From positions 1 to 64,000 of the forward strand of contig MCFE01000397.1 of the NCBI GenBank assembly GCA_002104905.1: DNA of 64,000 bases, given 5' to 3'. Shown here one piece after another: positions 1-12,110 of the stretch. The position numbers were made by a program, and so were the translations under genes. The stretch is from Basidiobolus meristosporus CBS 931.73. Lineage: Eukaryota; Fungi; Basidiobolomycota. Below the pieces are notes generated by a model that saw only the letters and a list, made by a program, of their open reading frames with translations, was not told the origin of the DNA and made no database searches. The first letter of the stretch is position 1; every line of letters starts with the position of its first letter.

Positions 1-938
1 TGCAGCATTTCGGAGGGGCGGGGGTGAGAGCATTGCACACACCAAACTGGTGGTTGGATTCAGAACACCCAAATGTCGTATTGGAGATTTCCAATGACCA
101 CTGTTCATGGGTTAAACTTCCAACATGTCAGATATATGGATTGGGGATCACATGTGGACAAAATCTCCCATCTAATATATAGGCTGCTGTATGCATCATT
201 TACATGCAAAGGGCAAAGCTTTACTACCACCTTTGCATAATGGTTGGGGGCTATAGGAGAAGTGCAGGCCCACTTGCAGGGGGAATATTGTTACAACACC
301 ATACAAAAAAGTAGGTTTGCCATCAGGGAATCTTTGGTTGCTGGTATTGAATCATCCAAGGTGCCACCCCTCACTTCTCTGTCCAAGCCCCATATGCATT
401 TCAGCTGCTCTGGCAATAATTCACATCAGAATTATACCCTATGAAGAATTTCAAAATTAGAATTCATCTGATTTTCAGCTGGTATTATACTGTTATTCTA
501 ATGGTATTTAGCTGATATCCAGCTGGTGTTATTTGTTCAAATATTCAGTTGCAATTCTTGATAGAAGCAGTGGGCAGCTAATCACCAAGTTTGGTATGAA
601 TTCAGGTTGGCCTAGTCTCCTCTTGAGAAATATGTCTGCTTGTCTGCCCAACTGCTAGTGCATGAGATGATCATAGTTGTCAAAATTGAGAAACTTGGGA
701 TTCAGCTGATTTTATGATGGTATTGTGCTGGCCTTTTCTTAATTTTCTCCCAATGTATAGCCTAGCAATATGAGTTTGCTGTAGGCCTATTAACTATTGG
801 CATCTGTGTGCTTTAGAGAAACCTGCAAGTAGTGGCAGTAGTTGGAGGCTGGTAATCAGGTGATTTCCACTCAATTGTTAATGGTGCATTAAAGGAGCAC
901 CAACTGAGTCCCTAAGAAAGAGTTTAACAAAAGGCAAG

Positions 939-1308
939 CCCTATGAGGAATAATTGTGATGATCCCATCAAAAGACCATCACAAAATTCAAATCCCATGA
1001 CTAGGAGGTATGGATCCCATTAGGACACCATGCAAAGACCATTATAAAATTGCACCTCAGATATCACAAAAAACTTGGTCAAAATATCTCATCACAGCAA
1101 TACATATGTGGCTATTGATTGGTTCTCTGACAGTTCCCTCACTTTCTGATCCCAGGCACTAAATCACCTCCTACATTTGTGTATGCTGATTGGCTATTGC
1201 CTCTTTGTCACACTCCCTACTTCCTGCCTCAACCAATGCTTATACTTTTCATGCTTACATATTGGTTTACTTCTGATGAAACATCAGTTGTTACTCATAT
1301 GCCAATTA
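939..1308 (+). mobile_element. Left terminal fragment of the CMC/CACTA-like DNA transposon
   Basis: Starts CCCTATGAGGAATAATTG and aligns by eye with the left ends at 17453, 19256, 25946 and 44718. Cut off by a copia-B LTR at 1309. Confidence 0.75.
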
Positions 1309-1657
1309 TATTGTAGGAATTTGAAATTCCACCTAAATACTCACCTAACTTAGTCACTTTGATCATTACCTTTAGGTCCTGAAGATTACTGACCAAAGTC
1401 CTTGTTGAGATTTACTCAGAATATTTTCACCAAAATATCATGTACCCAGAACATGAAAATTCTTAAAGCTGTCCAAACAGCCCCAAGCTTTGTGCACATG
1501 CTCTTGGCACCTTCCTAAGCCTATTCTACATGCTTGCTACGATAAAATCATGTAAAAGTATAAATACTACTTTTACATTCAATAGATCATTAAGTGAAAA
1601 CTACATAATCTACTTGTTCTCCCAATCACTTCCAATATCTCCAAGACTCTTACAACA
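1309..1657 (+). repeat. Copia-B 5' LTR (349 bp)
   Basis: Inverted homologue of 1823-2171. Ends ...TACAACA and is followed directly by a PBS and the start of gag. The first dinucleotide reads TA rather than TG. Confidence 0.8.
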
Positions 1658-1669
1658 GGTCATGAGCCC
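1658..1669 (+). promoter_or_regulatory. Copia-B primer-binding site, half-tRNA-iMet type
   Basis: GGTCATGAGCCC directly after the LTR; one mismatch to the GGTTATGAGCCC of copia-A. Confidence 0.75.
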
Positions 1670-1688
1670 CAAGCTGTCACTCTCTGCA

Positions 1689-1822
1689 ATGTCTACTACT
1701 GCTATTACTGGAATTTTTCCCTCTGCTGAGAAGTTGGATGGATCTAACTACCAAGTATGGAAGGTGAAGATGAAGATACCGCTACAAGAAAGAGGCCTTG
1801 GGATATTGTCATGGGAGAAAAA
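1689..1822 (+). pseudogene. gag: Copia-B gag N-terminal fragment
   Basis: MSTTAITGIFPSAEKLDGSNYQVWKVKMKIPLQERGL resembles the copia-A gag start (ERFDGKNYKLWRIKMQIHLEER). Truncated by an antisense LTR. Confidence 0.75.
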
Positions 1823-4800
1823 TGTTGTAAGAGTCTAGGAGAAATTGGAAGTGATTGGAAGAACAAGTAGATTATGTAGTTTTCACTTAATGATTTATTG
1901 AATGTAAAAGTAGTATTTATACATTTACCTGGTCTTGGCATAACAAACATGTAGAATAGGTTAAGAAAGGTCCCAAGAGCATGTGTGCAAGGTTTGGGGC
2001 TGTTTGGACAACTTATCTAATTTTCATGTTCTGGGTACCTGGTATTTTAGTGAAAATATTATAAGTAAATCCCAACAAGGAATTTGGTCAGTATTCACTA
2101 GGATATGAAGGTAATGATCTAAGTGACTAAGTTAGGTGATAATTTAGGCGGAAATACAAATTTTTGCAACACTCCCACTCAGCTAAATGTTCACACTGAC
2201 TAGTCCTAATTTTGACCTAAGATATTCAAACTTGTCTCTAGCTAATGGTTTGGTAAATATGTCTGCAATCATTTCATCTGTAGGACAGTAAACTAAGCTA
2301 ACTAAGTTATTCTCTATAGCTTCATTTATGAAATGATGTCTAATATCTATGTGCTTGGTTCTAGCATGAAAAGTTGGATTTCTACCTAATTGTATACATC
2401 CTTGATTATCTTGAAATAAAGTAATAGGCATTTTTTGACATTGGCCTAAATCTGTAAGAAGTTTTCTTAACCACATTACTTCTTTTGTAGCTTCACAGGC
2501 TGCCATATACTTGGCCTCTGTGGTGGAAAGTGCTACGGTTGGTTGCTTCCTTGAATTCCATGAAATTGCTCCTTTGCAGAAAAGAAAGGTGTATCCTGTG
2601 GTGGATCTTCTGTTTTCTAAATTTTGTCCCCAATCAGCATCAGAGTATCCCACAAGATCCTGTTCTGAGTCCTTATAAGTATATCTTAAGCAGATATCAG
2701 CAGTTCCTTTTGGGTATCTAAAAATTTGCTCAACTGCTGCAATATGATCAGATCCATAGTTCTGATTATGTTGGCTGACAACTCCCACTGAATATGAGAT
2801 ATCTGGATGTGTTCCAAGCATAATATACATCAGACTGTTGGCCATGGATTGATAAGGAAATTCAGGGCTTTCAGATGGCACCAAGCTCTCTTGATTTGGA
2901 TGAGTTTTGACCAAGTTAAGGTTTGTCTCCATTGGTGTAGCTGCCCGTTTACAGTCTTCCATTTGGTACTTCTTTAGTATATCTTGAATTTACTTGGATT
3001 GGCTTAGGGTGATAGTCTGGGTACTTCTGTCTATGGAGAACTTAATACCTAAGTAGTAATTAAGTTCTCCTAGATCAGACATCTTGAACTTCTTAGATAG
3101 GCTGGATTTAGTCTCTTCCAATGTTTCTAGGTTGTTGGTGGCTATAATAAGATCATCCACATATAGAGCTAATAGAACGGGATTTGCTCTATCTGGCTTA
3201 TAGTATATACTATAGTTAGCATTACTCCTTTTGAAACTTTAAGATTCCAAATAAGAATCTATCTTGCAATTCCAGGCTCTTGGTGATTGTTTGAGACCAT
3301 ATAGTGACTTTTTAAGCTTGCAGACCAAATGAAGGTTATCTTGGTCAGCAAACCCATCAGGCTGGTCCATATACATGTTGTCATCAAGTTCTCCATTCAA
3401 GAATGCAGCTTTTACATCCATTTGATGAATAAAAAACTTATATTTGGCTGCAATAGCCAATATTAATCTGATGGAATTAAACTTGGCTACCAGTGCAAAG
3501 GTCTCAGTTTAGTCAAGTCCTTTTGTTTGAGAGTATCCTTTGGCTACAAGTCTTGCATTGTATCTTTCCATTGTACCATCAGCCTTGTATTTTGTCTTGA
3601 AGACCCGTTTGCATCCAATTGATTTTTGGTTGATTGGTAATTTGACCAAGTCCCCAGTTTGATTTTCTATTGGGGCCTGATATTCCTCAGTCATTGCAGA
3701 TCTCCAAAACTTTGTCTGAGGGCTATGTAGGGACTCTTTTACAGTCTGGGGCTCATTAATTTGGACTGAATAGGCATAGGCTAAGTTTGTACCCGCATTG
3801 ATATAGTAATTTGGGCTATTTCTTGTCCAATTGGATCTCCAGGCATTTGAAACTGGAATGATCACTTCTGGGATATTCCTGGGCACTGATTCTGGCTGAA
3901 CCACAGTTGCAGAGTCCTCTGGAGTGAAAAAATTATCATTGTTTTGCTCTGATTCAATCCTGACAATTGGTAGACTTGAGACCAAATTTTTGTCATCATC
4001 TGATGTCATTTTTTGTGAAAATTTTGAATTTTCATCAAACAACACATCCCTGGACTTGATAAGCTTCTTTGCTTTGGTATTGTAGAGTCTACATGCCTTA
4101 CTCTTATTGCAGTAGCCCAAAAATATGCATTTTACACTTTTTGGCTCAAATTTTGCCTGATTTCCAGCCAGTTTTTTGGCATATGCTGTACACCCAAATA
4201 TTCTTAGATGTTCTGCACTTGGTCTGTATCCATACCATGCTTCAAATGGAGTAGAATCACAAAGTATTCTGTTATAACTCCTATTTTTAATGTATACAGC
4301 AGTTGCAACTGATTCTGCCCAAATATTGTAGGATAATCTTTGATTGTGGATCATAGATCTTGCCATATCAATTATTGCTCTGTTAGCACATTCTGCTACT
4401 CCATTTTGCTGTGGGAAGTATGGTACAGTAGTCTCTTGCTTTATCTCATGAGTTTTGCAGAAGTGGATGAAGAGTTTTGTGGTATATTCTCCACCATTGT
4501 CAGAGTGTATTTTCTTGATTTTTTCACCGGTTTCTCTCTCCACCATGGCTTTAAACTCCCTGAGCTTAGACAGAGCTTCTTCCGCTTTCTCCATGAAGTT
4601 GACCCATGTATATCCTGTATAGTCATCAAAAATAGTGATTAAATACTTCATCCCACCTAGGGATAAATTTTGCATAGGTCCACACAGATCTGAGTGAATT
4701 AGATCTAATTTTTTCTTAATTTTTATTAACCCAGAGCTCTCAAACAGTTGTCTGGCTTGTTTCCCATATATGCAGGCTTCACAGTACTCCAAACTAGCTG

Positions 4801-4862
4801 GGGGATATATTTTACTCCATAAATTAACTGATCTTTGATTATTTTGCGCAAATAATAAATAA
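1823..4862 (-). mobile_element. 5'-truncated copia-B element: 3' LTR 1823-2171, PPT about 2172-2183, decayed IN-RT-RNaseH
   Basis: ORF 3509-4792 carries integrase motifs (HSDLCGP, SDNGGEY, NGVAE). ORF 3239-3460 is RT ([23 protein letters not shown]). ORF 2183-2962 is RNase H (YSDADW, DNQG, HIDIRHHF). The IN-before-RT order is copia-type. LTR bounded by TG..CA. Confidence 0.9.
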
Positions 4863-4869
4863 ATTGGCC

Positions 4870-5401
4870 TTGCTTGTAAAGGGCTCTTGAGGAAGTCACT
4901 AGTCTTTAACCATGGGACCCTTACTCTTCTGCCTTTGATAGTTTCTGCAGTTTTTGAGACACTTTCTTAGCATAAAAATGTAGGCCTAACACCTGTTTGC
5001 TTGCTTGAGTCCAGCATCATGCTCATGGAGCAGATGAAGCATATTTGGCCTGGTCTTGGTTCCCTGCTGGTACCATGGTGTGCTGGCTGTAAGGTAGTGG
5101 CATGCCAGACTTCTTACAGCCTCTCAAATAGTAGGCCACTCTTTGTCATTGCACTCAATGACTTCATGGATTTCTAATGTCTTTTGACTTTTAGGCTATG
5201 CCATCAATGCCACAGTTCCTCCTTCCCATGCTGTGATAGGTTTTTGTGAGCTTTATATCTAGGCACTGCTATTGTGCTTAAAAGACTATATGGTGTTCCT
5301 CAGCTGCCACATAGGGAAGTTGCTCAATTCTTGGCTGTAACATTGAGCCACTTGAGTTCCTCCTTTGCTGCAAAAATACTGTGTTCTCTACCAAAAATAT
5401 T
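4870..5401 (-). pseudogene. Decayed fragment of the CACTA-like element's accessory gene
   Basis: Aligns with about 46130-46650 of the best copy. Same orientation as the left end at 939, so probably one interrupted element. Confidence 0.7.
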
Positions 5402-7500
5402 AGACTTGTTCTACTGGATTGTTATACATAGTGCCAACCTGTTTATAGTGCTGGACAGATCTAGCACTCTATGGCACTATCTGGCACTATAGTCTCTATC
5501 TTGATGCCAGTGTTAGGATACAGATACTGGTGATGTTACTCAATCTTACTTATGTAGCTCAAAATAGTACTTTTATTGCTTTATTTACTCTTCATAATGC
5601 TCTAGACACATTTCTCTCAGTAGATCACTACTTGTATAAGTATACTGCATATTGATAAACATTGTAAATATTTTACCTACTCAGCTGTTTTCTCATATAT
5701 ATTACTTTCCTTTGTATTTACCTGCCAACATGTCAAATCTCTTTGATTATCCAAATGTATGCACTGCTCTTGCTCTGAAATGATAAATATTTCTTCTAGA
5801 GCTTCTGCTTCATGCTAAGCATGCCATTTCTTGGCTTTGTATAAGCTGCAATACATCTTAATCTCTGGCAATCCTCTCCTATAAAAGATAAGTCAGTCAT
5901 ATATTTCTTCCCACTGCTGAATTCCAGATGATTTGCTATCCAAAGTGCTTTGTCATGCCTACTTCCAGCAAATGGCCCACTAAACCAGATGATGTAACCC
6001 TTCATGCTTATCAGTGCTTGAAGCTTCACAGAGCATGCCTTGTATTTGCAAGAATAATAGTACCTCTGCCCTCTACAAGGTCTGTAAATCCTGACTAGGA
6101 AGGTATCCAAAATACTGCTGATTTGGAACCTGTTACTGGACTCTGTGGGATATTGAAGATCACTGGAGTTTCTGAGCCTGGCAGTCCAAGCTAGTTCTAA
6201 GTCATTCATACTCTCTGCAAGATGGTTTGCCATTGTTGCCAACTGGAATTGAGAGCTTTCAGGACCTTTGTTGCCACAAATGGTGGGATGATACCTTGTA
6301 GGGCATAGTTCTTGTAATAGTATAGAAGCTTCACAAGGGATCTCCTTGAATTGATTGCAGTTGATGGTCCACAGCACTTGCTAAAGATCTCCTCCAATAT
6401 GTTAAAAGGAAACTCAGTGGTATTGATGTGATTGGCAAGAAAGGACCATTCAAATGAGTAAGTCATATTAAGACTGGAAGATGATCAAGCCACAATGAAT
6501 TGATTTGATTCAGCACAATCAGCTTAATTTGTCTGATTTTTCATGCATTATGATTAAATCTCCATCAATTGCCATGTATACCATTGTTATCATCCTTGAC
6601 CAACAACTTGGCAATTTGACTGATGATTTAATCACAACTCTATAATGAAATAGGAAATCTGTAACTGATATGATCTGATCCATGCCAATGCAATCAAAGA
6701 TGCATCATACAGAATATATGGAAAACTCAACAATCACATTAGTATTCTAATATACTTCAAATAAGACCAGGTTGATCCCAATATATATCTGTATAAGTAT
6801 CCAAATACTTTACTATGATTCCTATTCCATGTCTCAACTTATCTTCAATACCAACCAGACAAAAACCATCCCCCAGCTCACAAGCATGGTCTGGACTAGA
6901 ATTGTCAATGTCTGATCTGTTCACATTCTTTCCAAATGACTTTAGTATGCTAAGTGTCTGTGATGAGCCTTTGTACAGATAGTTGGGCACTATTCACTGA
7001 TCTAGCATAACTGGATACCTCAGATAGTCAACAGAAATGGAAGAATCCAAGCAGAAAGCTGTGGCATGTATTCTATATCAAAATGCCAGTGGATATAAGC
7101 AAGAAGATATACATAACACAATAAGTGTAAGAATCAAGAATGAGCTGAGATTGAGAGGATTTGATAAGGAAGCCATGTGCAAACAGTTCTGGGTGTAATT
7201 TGCACAGTACAGACTAGAGGCATATGTTTGTGCCTCAATTTTGGGAACCAAGGACATTCTGAATGAGTTCTTACCTAATATAAATAATGTACCGCATGAT
7301 ATATTAGTAGAGCTAAGTGGCTTCTCAGAGCAATATACACAGGAATCATCAAGGCAACAATAGTAAAGTATTAGACAGAGGGTAAGTGAATACCTTGAGA
7401 AATCAGAACATGCGCTTCAAGAGGAAGCATTTTTCTGTTGTATTATACCTAGTTTGGGAGTTGATTTGCAATGCAGAGACTATTCAATTTATTTAACAAC
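5402..7500 (-). mobile_element. PHIS-type (PIF/Harbinger/ISL2EU-related) DNA transposon remnant; right boundary not found
   Basis: Begins ATT|AGACTTGTTC (same TIR as the MITE at 44503), followed by TGGCAC subterminal repeats and a DDE_Tnp_4-like transposase on the minus strand. The end coordinate is a guess. Confidence 0.6.
5700..6470 (-). pseudogene. DDE_Tnp_4-like transposase (Harbinger/ISL2EU type), disrupted
   Basis: ORF 5796-6377 contains ILDTF..RIYRP...YYYSCKYKACSVKLQALI..G.IIWFSGPFAGSRHD...MTDLSFIG...AAYTKPRNG. The continuation past the stop reads NKYHFRARAVHTFG*SKRF. This matches the DDE_Tnp_4 motif series. Confidence 0.75.
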
Positions 7501-7619
7501 TACAAGTATGCTAATAATGAAACAGTTTATTAGGAGCTTCATATACCTATAGAGATATAACTTCTGCTAACATCTTCAATCTTGGGGTCTAAATATACAA
7601 TAGGCTGGGTAATTCACCT

Positions 7620-8340
7620 CTATAACAAAGGTCTGACCTTCTGTTGACTATTAGGCTAAATTACTCTTAAAGTAGCTTTCCTTTATTTGGGGGTCCCTTT
7701 CATTCCAGAGATAACAGTTCCTTCATTAGAAATTCTGTACACCCCTTCAACCTAAATTGGTGTTGTAAAGAGGTGTCTGAAGGGATGATTTAGTGTAAAG
7801 GGGCTTCTTACAATGGTCTCTAAAGTGGACTTTACACTAAAGGGGTGCCTACAGGGGCTTATTTAGAGTGAAGGGGCCTTATAAAGGGGTCTCTAAAGGG
7901 GTATTTTTAAAGTAAGGGTAATTCTAAGAGGGGACTTTTCCAACAGAAAAATAGTAGTTTTCTTGTGGAACTAGCAACAGATTCTTGTGCGCTTTGCAGC
8001 TTCTTTACCAAAGTAGTACCAGTCAAAGTCCAAATACTTAACAGTGCAAGTAATGCAAGGGAAGTACTATAGCCTATAAACCTGTAGTTGTAGTGTGAAG
8101 ATTCTGGAACAAGAGGCTCCCTTTTATTTTTCAGCTGGCAATGTCATATATATAAAATTCTGCAGGATCAAAGTTTTCAAGTGATTATGCAAGCAAAACA
8201 CATGATACAAACCTAAAATATTGCAGTGGTGCAGATTTCACATAGATGCAGCACCTGTGAAGTTGCATGTGTTTTGATTGGCTGGTTTGAGAGTTACAAG
8301 CAATCTAAATCATCATAGTATTCCTAGCAATTGAGGCCTA
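7620..8340. repeat. Unclassified non-coding dispersed repeat, copy 1, with internal AAAGGGG(C/T) tandem units
   Basis: Reverse-complement homology to about 38940-39620, e.g. GGGACTTTTCCAACAGAAA..TAGTTTTCTTGT and GCAGTGGTGCAGATT.CACATAG.TGCAGCACCTGT. Confidence 0.65.
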
Positions 8341-9013
8341 CCCTATGAAAAATAACTTGGTCCTGCAGGTGAATCTGATCTGGATCTGCCATCAAGATCC
8401 TCTCAGGGGACCACTATAATACCAGCAGCTTGGAATTAATGAACATCTACATCATCTTATGATGTGATCACAACAGCATTTGGCTAATTTTAAGTCCAAA
8501 TAAAGTTAAAAACACAACAGTGTTTGTATAGTGTTTTGCCAAGGGTGGCATGATATTGTTGCAGTCTTAGTACTCTCTACAACTATTTGAGTCAATCTAA
8601 CTGGCCAGTATATCCAATTGCCTTATATGGCAAAAAACGTAACGGTGCTTTGACAGCATCATTGCAGGCCTCTGATGGTAGTATTATAGCAATATGGAGG
8701 CCTACAGCTAGTTCTGTAAAATGCTACTGCACCAATATACCAATGGGTATTTCCTTTTCCTACCTCCCCTTGTACAACTTGTATATTCTACTACAGAATA
8801 ACCCCTCTTTATTTGCTTACCCACTACTACCTTTGGTAAGACACATATAGTTTAAATCAAAAAATACTATGGTGTCCTGCTTACTAACCTCTACAAACAA
8901 GCACACCTGTCACAATTGACATACTTGTATCACCTCCACTTTTTGGCTTTTAGAGCAATACTTACAAAGTTACCATTTACTTTGTATTGCTGGTGACATA
9001 TGTGAGTACTAAA
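8341..9013 (-). mobile_element. Right end and transposase 3' region of an inverted CACTA-like copy
   Basis: Starts CCCTATGAAAAATAACTTGG, the reverse complement of the right ends at 23267 and 56411. Continues as inverted homology to about 55750-56411. Confidence 0.75.
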
Positions 9014-9830
9014 TGTGGCACCCACTCTTTGCTCAAGAGTTCTCCCCAGAGTCCTACCCAAAGTCCCACAGTATCCTCCCTATGATTCCCCCATGCGTCC
9101 TCCCTCCTATTCCAGCCCTTATCTAGTTAGAGCACTTACCATAACAGGATGGTGTTCACACCCCTATTTTATAGCACATTGTCTATTATCTAAGCCCCCC
9201 AAGTGATATATATATATCCAATTGAACCAAATGAGAGAATAACAAGATTTGAATGGAATAAACACAAGTCTTTATTACCTTGCTACCTTCTATTGGAAGC
9301 TATTCTGAACCAAGTGGTACTAACTTGACCTAGAAGCTCTCCCACTCACCAAGTACAGTCAGTAGTAACCCACATATTTGGTGCTGTCTTGGTGGAAATA
9401 AGCACAAGTGAGGTAATGACTACAACAATCAAACTAAAAGCATACAAGGGAAAGAGAGAGCAAGCCCTTGAGTGGTTGGATAAGTTTAAGAGAGTAGCAG
9501 TTGATGCAGGATGGGACAACAATAAGAAAGTAGGGGAGTTTGCAAGACATATGGAAGAGTCAGCATGGCAATGGCATTGTGAATTGGAAGACACAGTTAA
9601 AGATGACTGGGATACACTAGACCCTGGTCTACTGCTTATGTTACAAGACAGGTTCCTAGAAGGAATAGACCTACTTGCCCAGGTATTCTCTAAGAACCAA
9701 GTATTTGGCCATATACCTGGGGTATAACACCAAATCCACCTTGCCAACAAATACCCCATAAAACAAAAAGCCTATAGAAACTTGAAAACTGACATGGACT
9801 ATATTAAAGAGACAATTGAAACTTTACTAG
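9014..9830 (+). mobile_element. Fragment of a third Gypsy family (G3): putative LTR about 9014-9312, PBS-like TGGTAC at 9315, gag fragment, deletion into the RT start
   Basis: TG start, TATATATA, AATAAA, then ORF 9389-9727 with retrotransposon gag-like motifs (EWLDKFKRVAVDAGW...MEESAWQWH). It ends in HIPGV and is followed by HQIHLANKYPIKQKAYR, which resembles the Gypsy RT N-terminus. Confidence 0.5.
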
Positions 9831-9839
9831 GTTTACTAT

Positions 9840-10740
9840 GCCAATGCCTTAAGGCTGGCATACCATGGGTCATCAGGAACTCAAGGCCAGGCAAAATATG
9901 ATATATCTGCTCCATGAGCATTATCTGGGATTCAAACAAGCAAACAGATTTTGGGCCAGCATTTTTATGCAAAGAAAATATCTAAAAATCTGAAGAAGCT
10001 ATCAAATGCAGAAGAACAAGGGTGCAATGGCTAAAATACAACGGCTTCCTCAAGATCCCAGTTCAGGCAGGGCTGAAAGCTTGAAAGAGGTGTCAAATAG
10101 ATTTCAGGTAGCTGGAAGAGTGTGGATAAGGGAAAAGCAAGCAGACACAGAGGCACCTGCATAACATCAACCAAGGAAAAAGCATAGTAGTACTCAAGAA
10201 GTACTCAATAAAAGTAGCAGTCTAGGATCTAGCAGTGATCAAGGCAAATAGCCACCTCAGGAGCCCATCACTGCATGTGCTGAGAGCACAAGACAAGCCA
10301 AAACAAAGCGTTAGGTTGCCTGCTGAATGCCAGCTAGGGACAAGCAGGCCAAAACAGATGCATTAGAGCAGCATTTATCAGGGAGAATATGTAGCTCAGT
10401 ACAAGAAGTACTCAGACAAAGTAGCAGTAAAAGATCTAGCAATAACAATGTAAAATGTCAAAGGAGAAAGTCCACCCTAGCCAGAGACAGGAAAGCATGA
10501 TAAAAAGCTGCAGCTCTTGCCAATATAACACCTTAGCCTGGAACAGACTAAATCCCATCATAGCCAAAAATAATTACCAACAAGAAAACAGCTGTCTCAC
10601 CAGAGTTGGAAGTGTAGCCAGTTGAGCTACACTCCAGTGAGGTAGACCAGTTTGCCAAGAAAGGCAACTTGTCTACAACAGCCTCCACATACTCCATTGT
10701 TGACAGGGTGAAGATTTCATTATAAGACCCATAAGCTATC
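9840..10740 (+). pseudogene. Accessory-gene fragment of the inverted CACTA-like copy
   Basis: Reverse-complement homology to about 45400-46350 (e.g. CCTTAAGGCTGGCATACCATGGG..ATCAGGAACTCAAGGCC). Confidence 0.7.
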
Positions 10741-12110
10741 ACCTGCCAGACTAGATTTCAACTTGGTCAATACCTGTGTGTGTGAAACAAGTGAACTTAT
10801 CAAGACACAGCTCTATAGAGCACTTAGAAAATGTACCCAGATATTCCTCATGATGGTTTTACAGGATGATTTCTCTACTCTTGCACCACAGAAGGTCCAG
10901 ACAATTTTAAATGAATTTTCAGAAGTGTTTCCAGAAGTGCTTGTAAGCCTACCACCAGTCAAAGACATGGCTAATGCCATTGATGCAAGAGATAGCCCTC
11001 CAGTGAGCAAGACTTTACAGAATGAGTCTATTTGAGTTGGAAGAGATGAAAAGAAAAATAGATCAGCTATTGAAGCAAGGATGTATCATACACAGCAAGT
11101 CACCTTGGGGAGCACCAGTAGTTTGTGTGAAAAGGACGGATGGAACACCTACGATGTGCATTGAATACAAAGCCCTCAACTCAGTTGCTGTGAAGAATAA
11201 GCACCCCATACCTCAGATTGATGAGCTTTTGGACCAACTCAATGGAGTTACCCTATGCAGCAAGATTAACCTCATGTCAGGATACCACCAGATTAGGGTG
11301 GAGCCAGAACACATCCTAAGACAGCATTCAGGACCAGAAACAGACACTATGAGTACCTAGTCATGAGTTATGGCCTTACCAATGCCCCTGTAACATTTAT
11401 GCCCTTGATGCAAGCAGTCTCCCAGGAACACTTAGACAAGTTTGTGGAAATCTACCTAGATGACATATTGATATACAGCAAGACAGAGTAGGAACTCTTG
11501 GTGCACATTGAAAAGGTCTTGAAGAAGTTAAGAGAGAACCAGCTGTACAGCAAGCTAGCAAAGTGTGAACTCTTGAAGCAACATGTTGAATACCTGGGAC
11601 ACATGGTGACTAGCATAGGAGTGACCTTAGACCCCAATATGGTTGAAGTCATCAAGAATTGGAAGCAGCCCCATAGCATATCAGAACTCAGATCATTACT
11701 TGGAATGGTTTCCTATTATTGGGGATATGTCAAGTCCTTTGCAAATATTGCAGCCCCTTTAACGGATATTCTCAAGAAAGACAACACCATGTATTACTGA
11801 GAAACAACAACACAAAAGAAGTTTGAGCCACAATGAACAGGACCTTTCAAGATCATCCAAGAATGTCCATTTGCAACTTACCAACTAGTGAACAAACAAG
11901 GTAATATCCAGGAAGACTTTGCTCTTAGGGACAGACTCAAGCTTGCAAGACTTGCTGACAATGCTTAACCATCAAGATATTGGTATCACAAGATAAGAGA
12001 TTCAAGAGAACCCTCTCAGCTTTGGTAGTAGGGAATGTTATGATCTACTGCTTGAATATTTAAGTTGGATCAGCTCTAAGTCAAATCAATTATTTTATGC
12101 TTAGCCTATC

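Noticed and set aside
1-938. Possible gene or LTR start (GCAGGGGGAATA-TTGTTAC at about 275-295) and ORF 244-444
   Set aside because: No recognisable motif and no second copy in the window; a purine run followed by TG is not enough evidence. Left unannotated.
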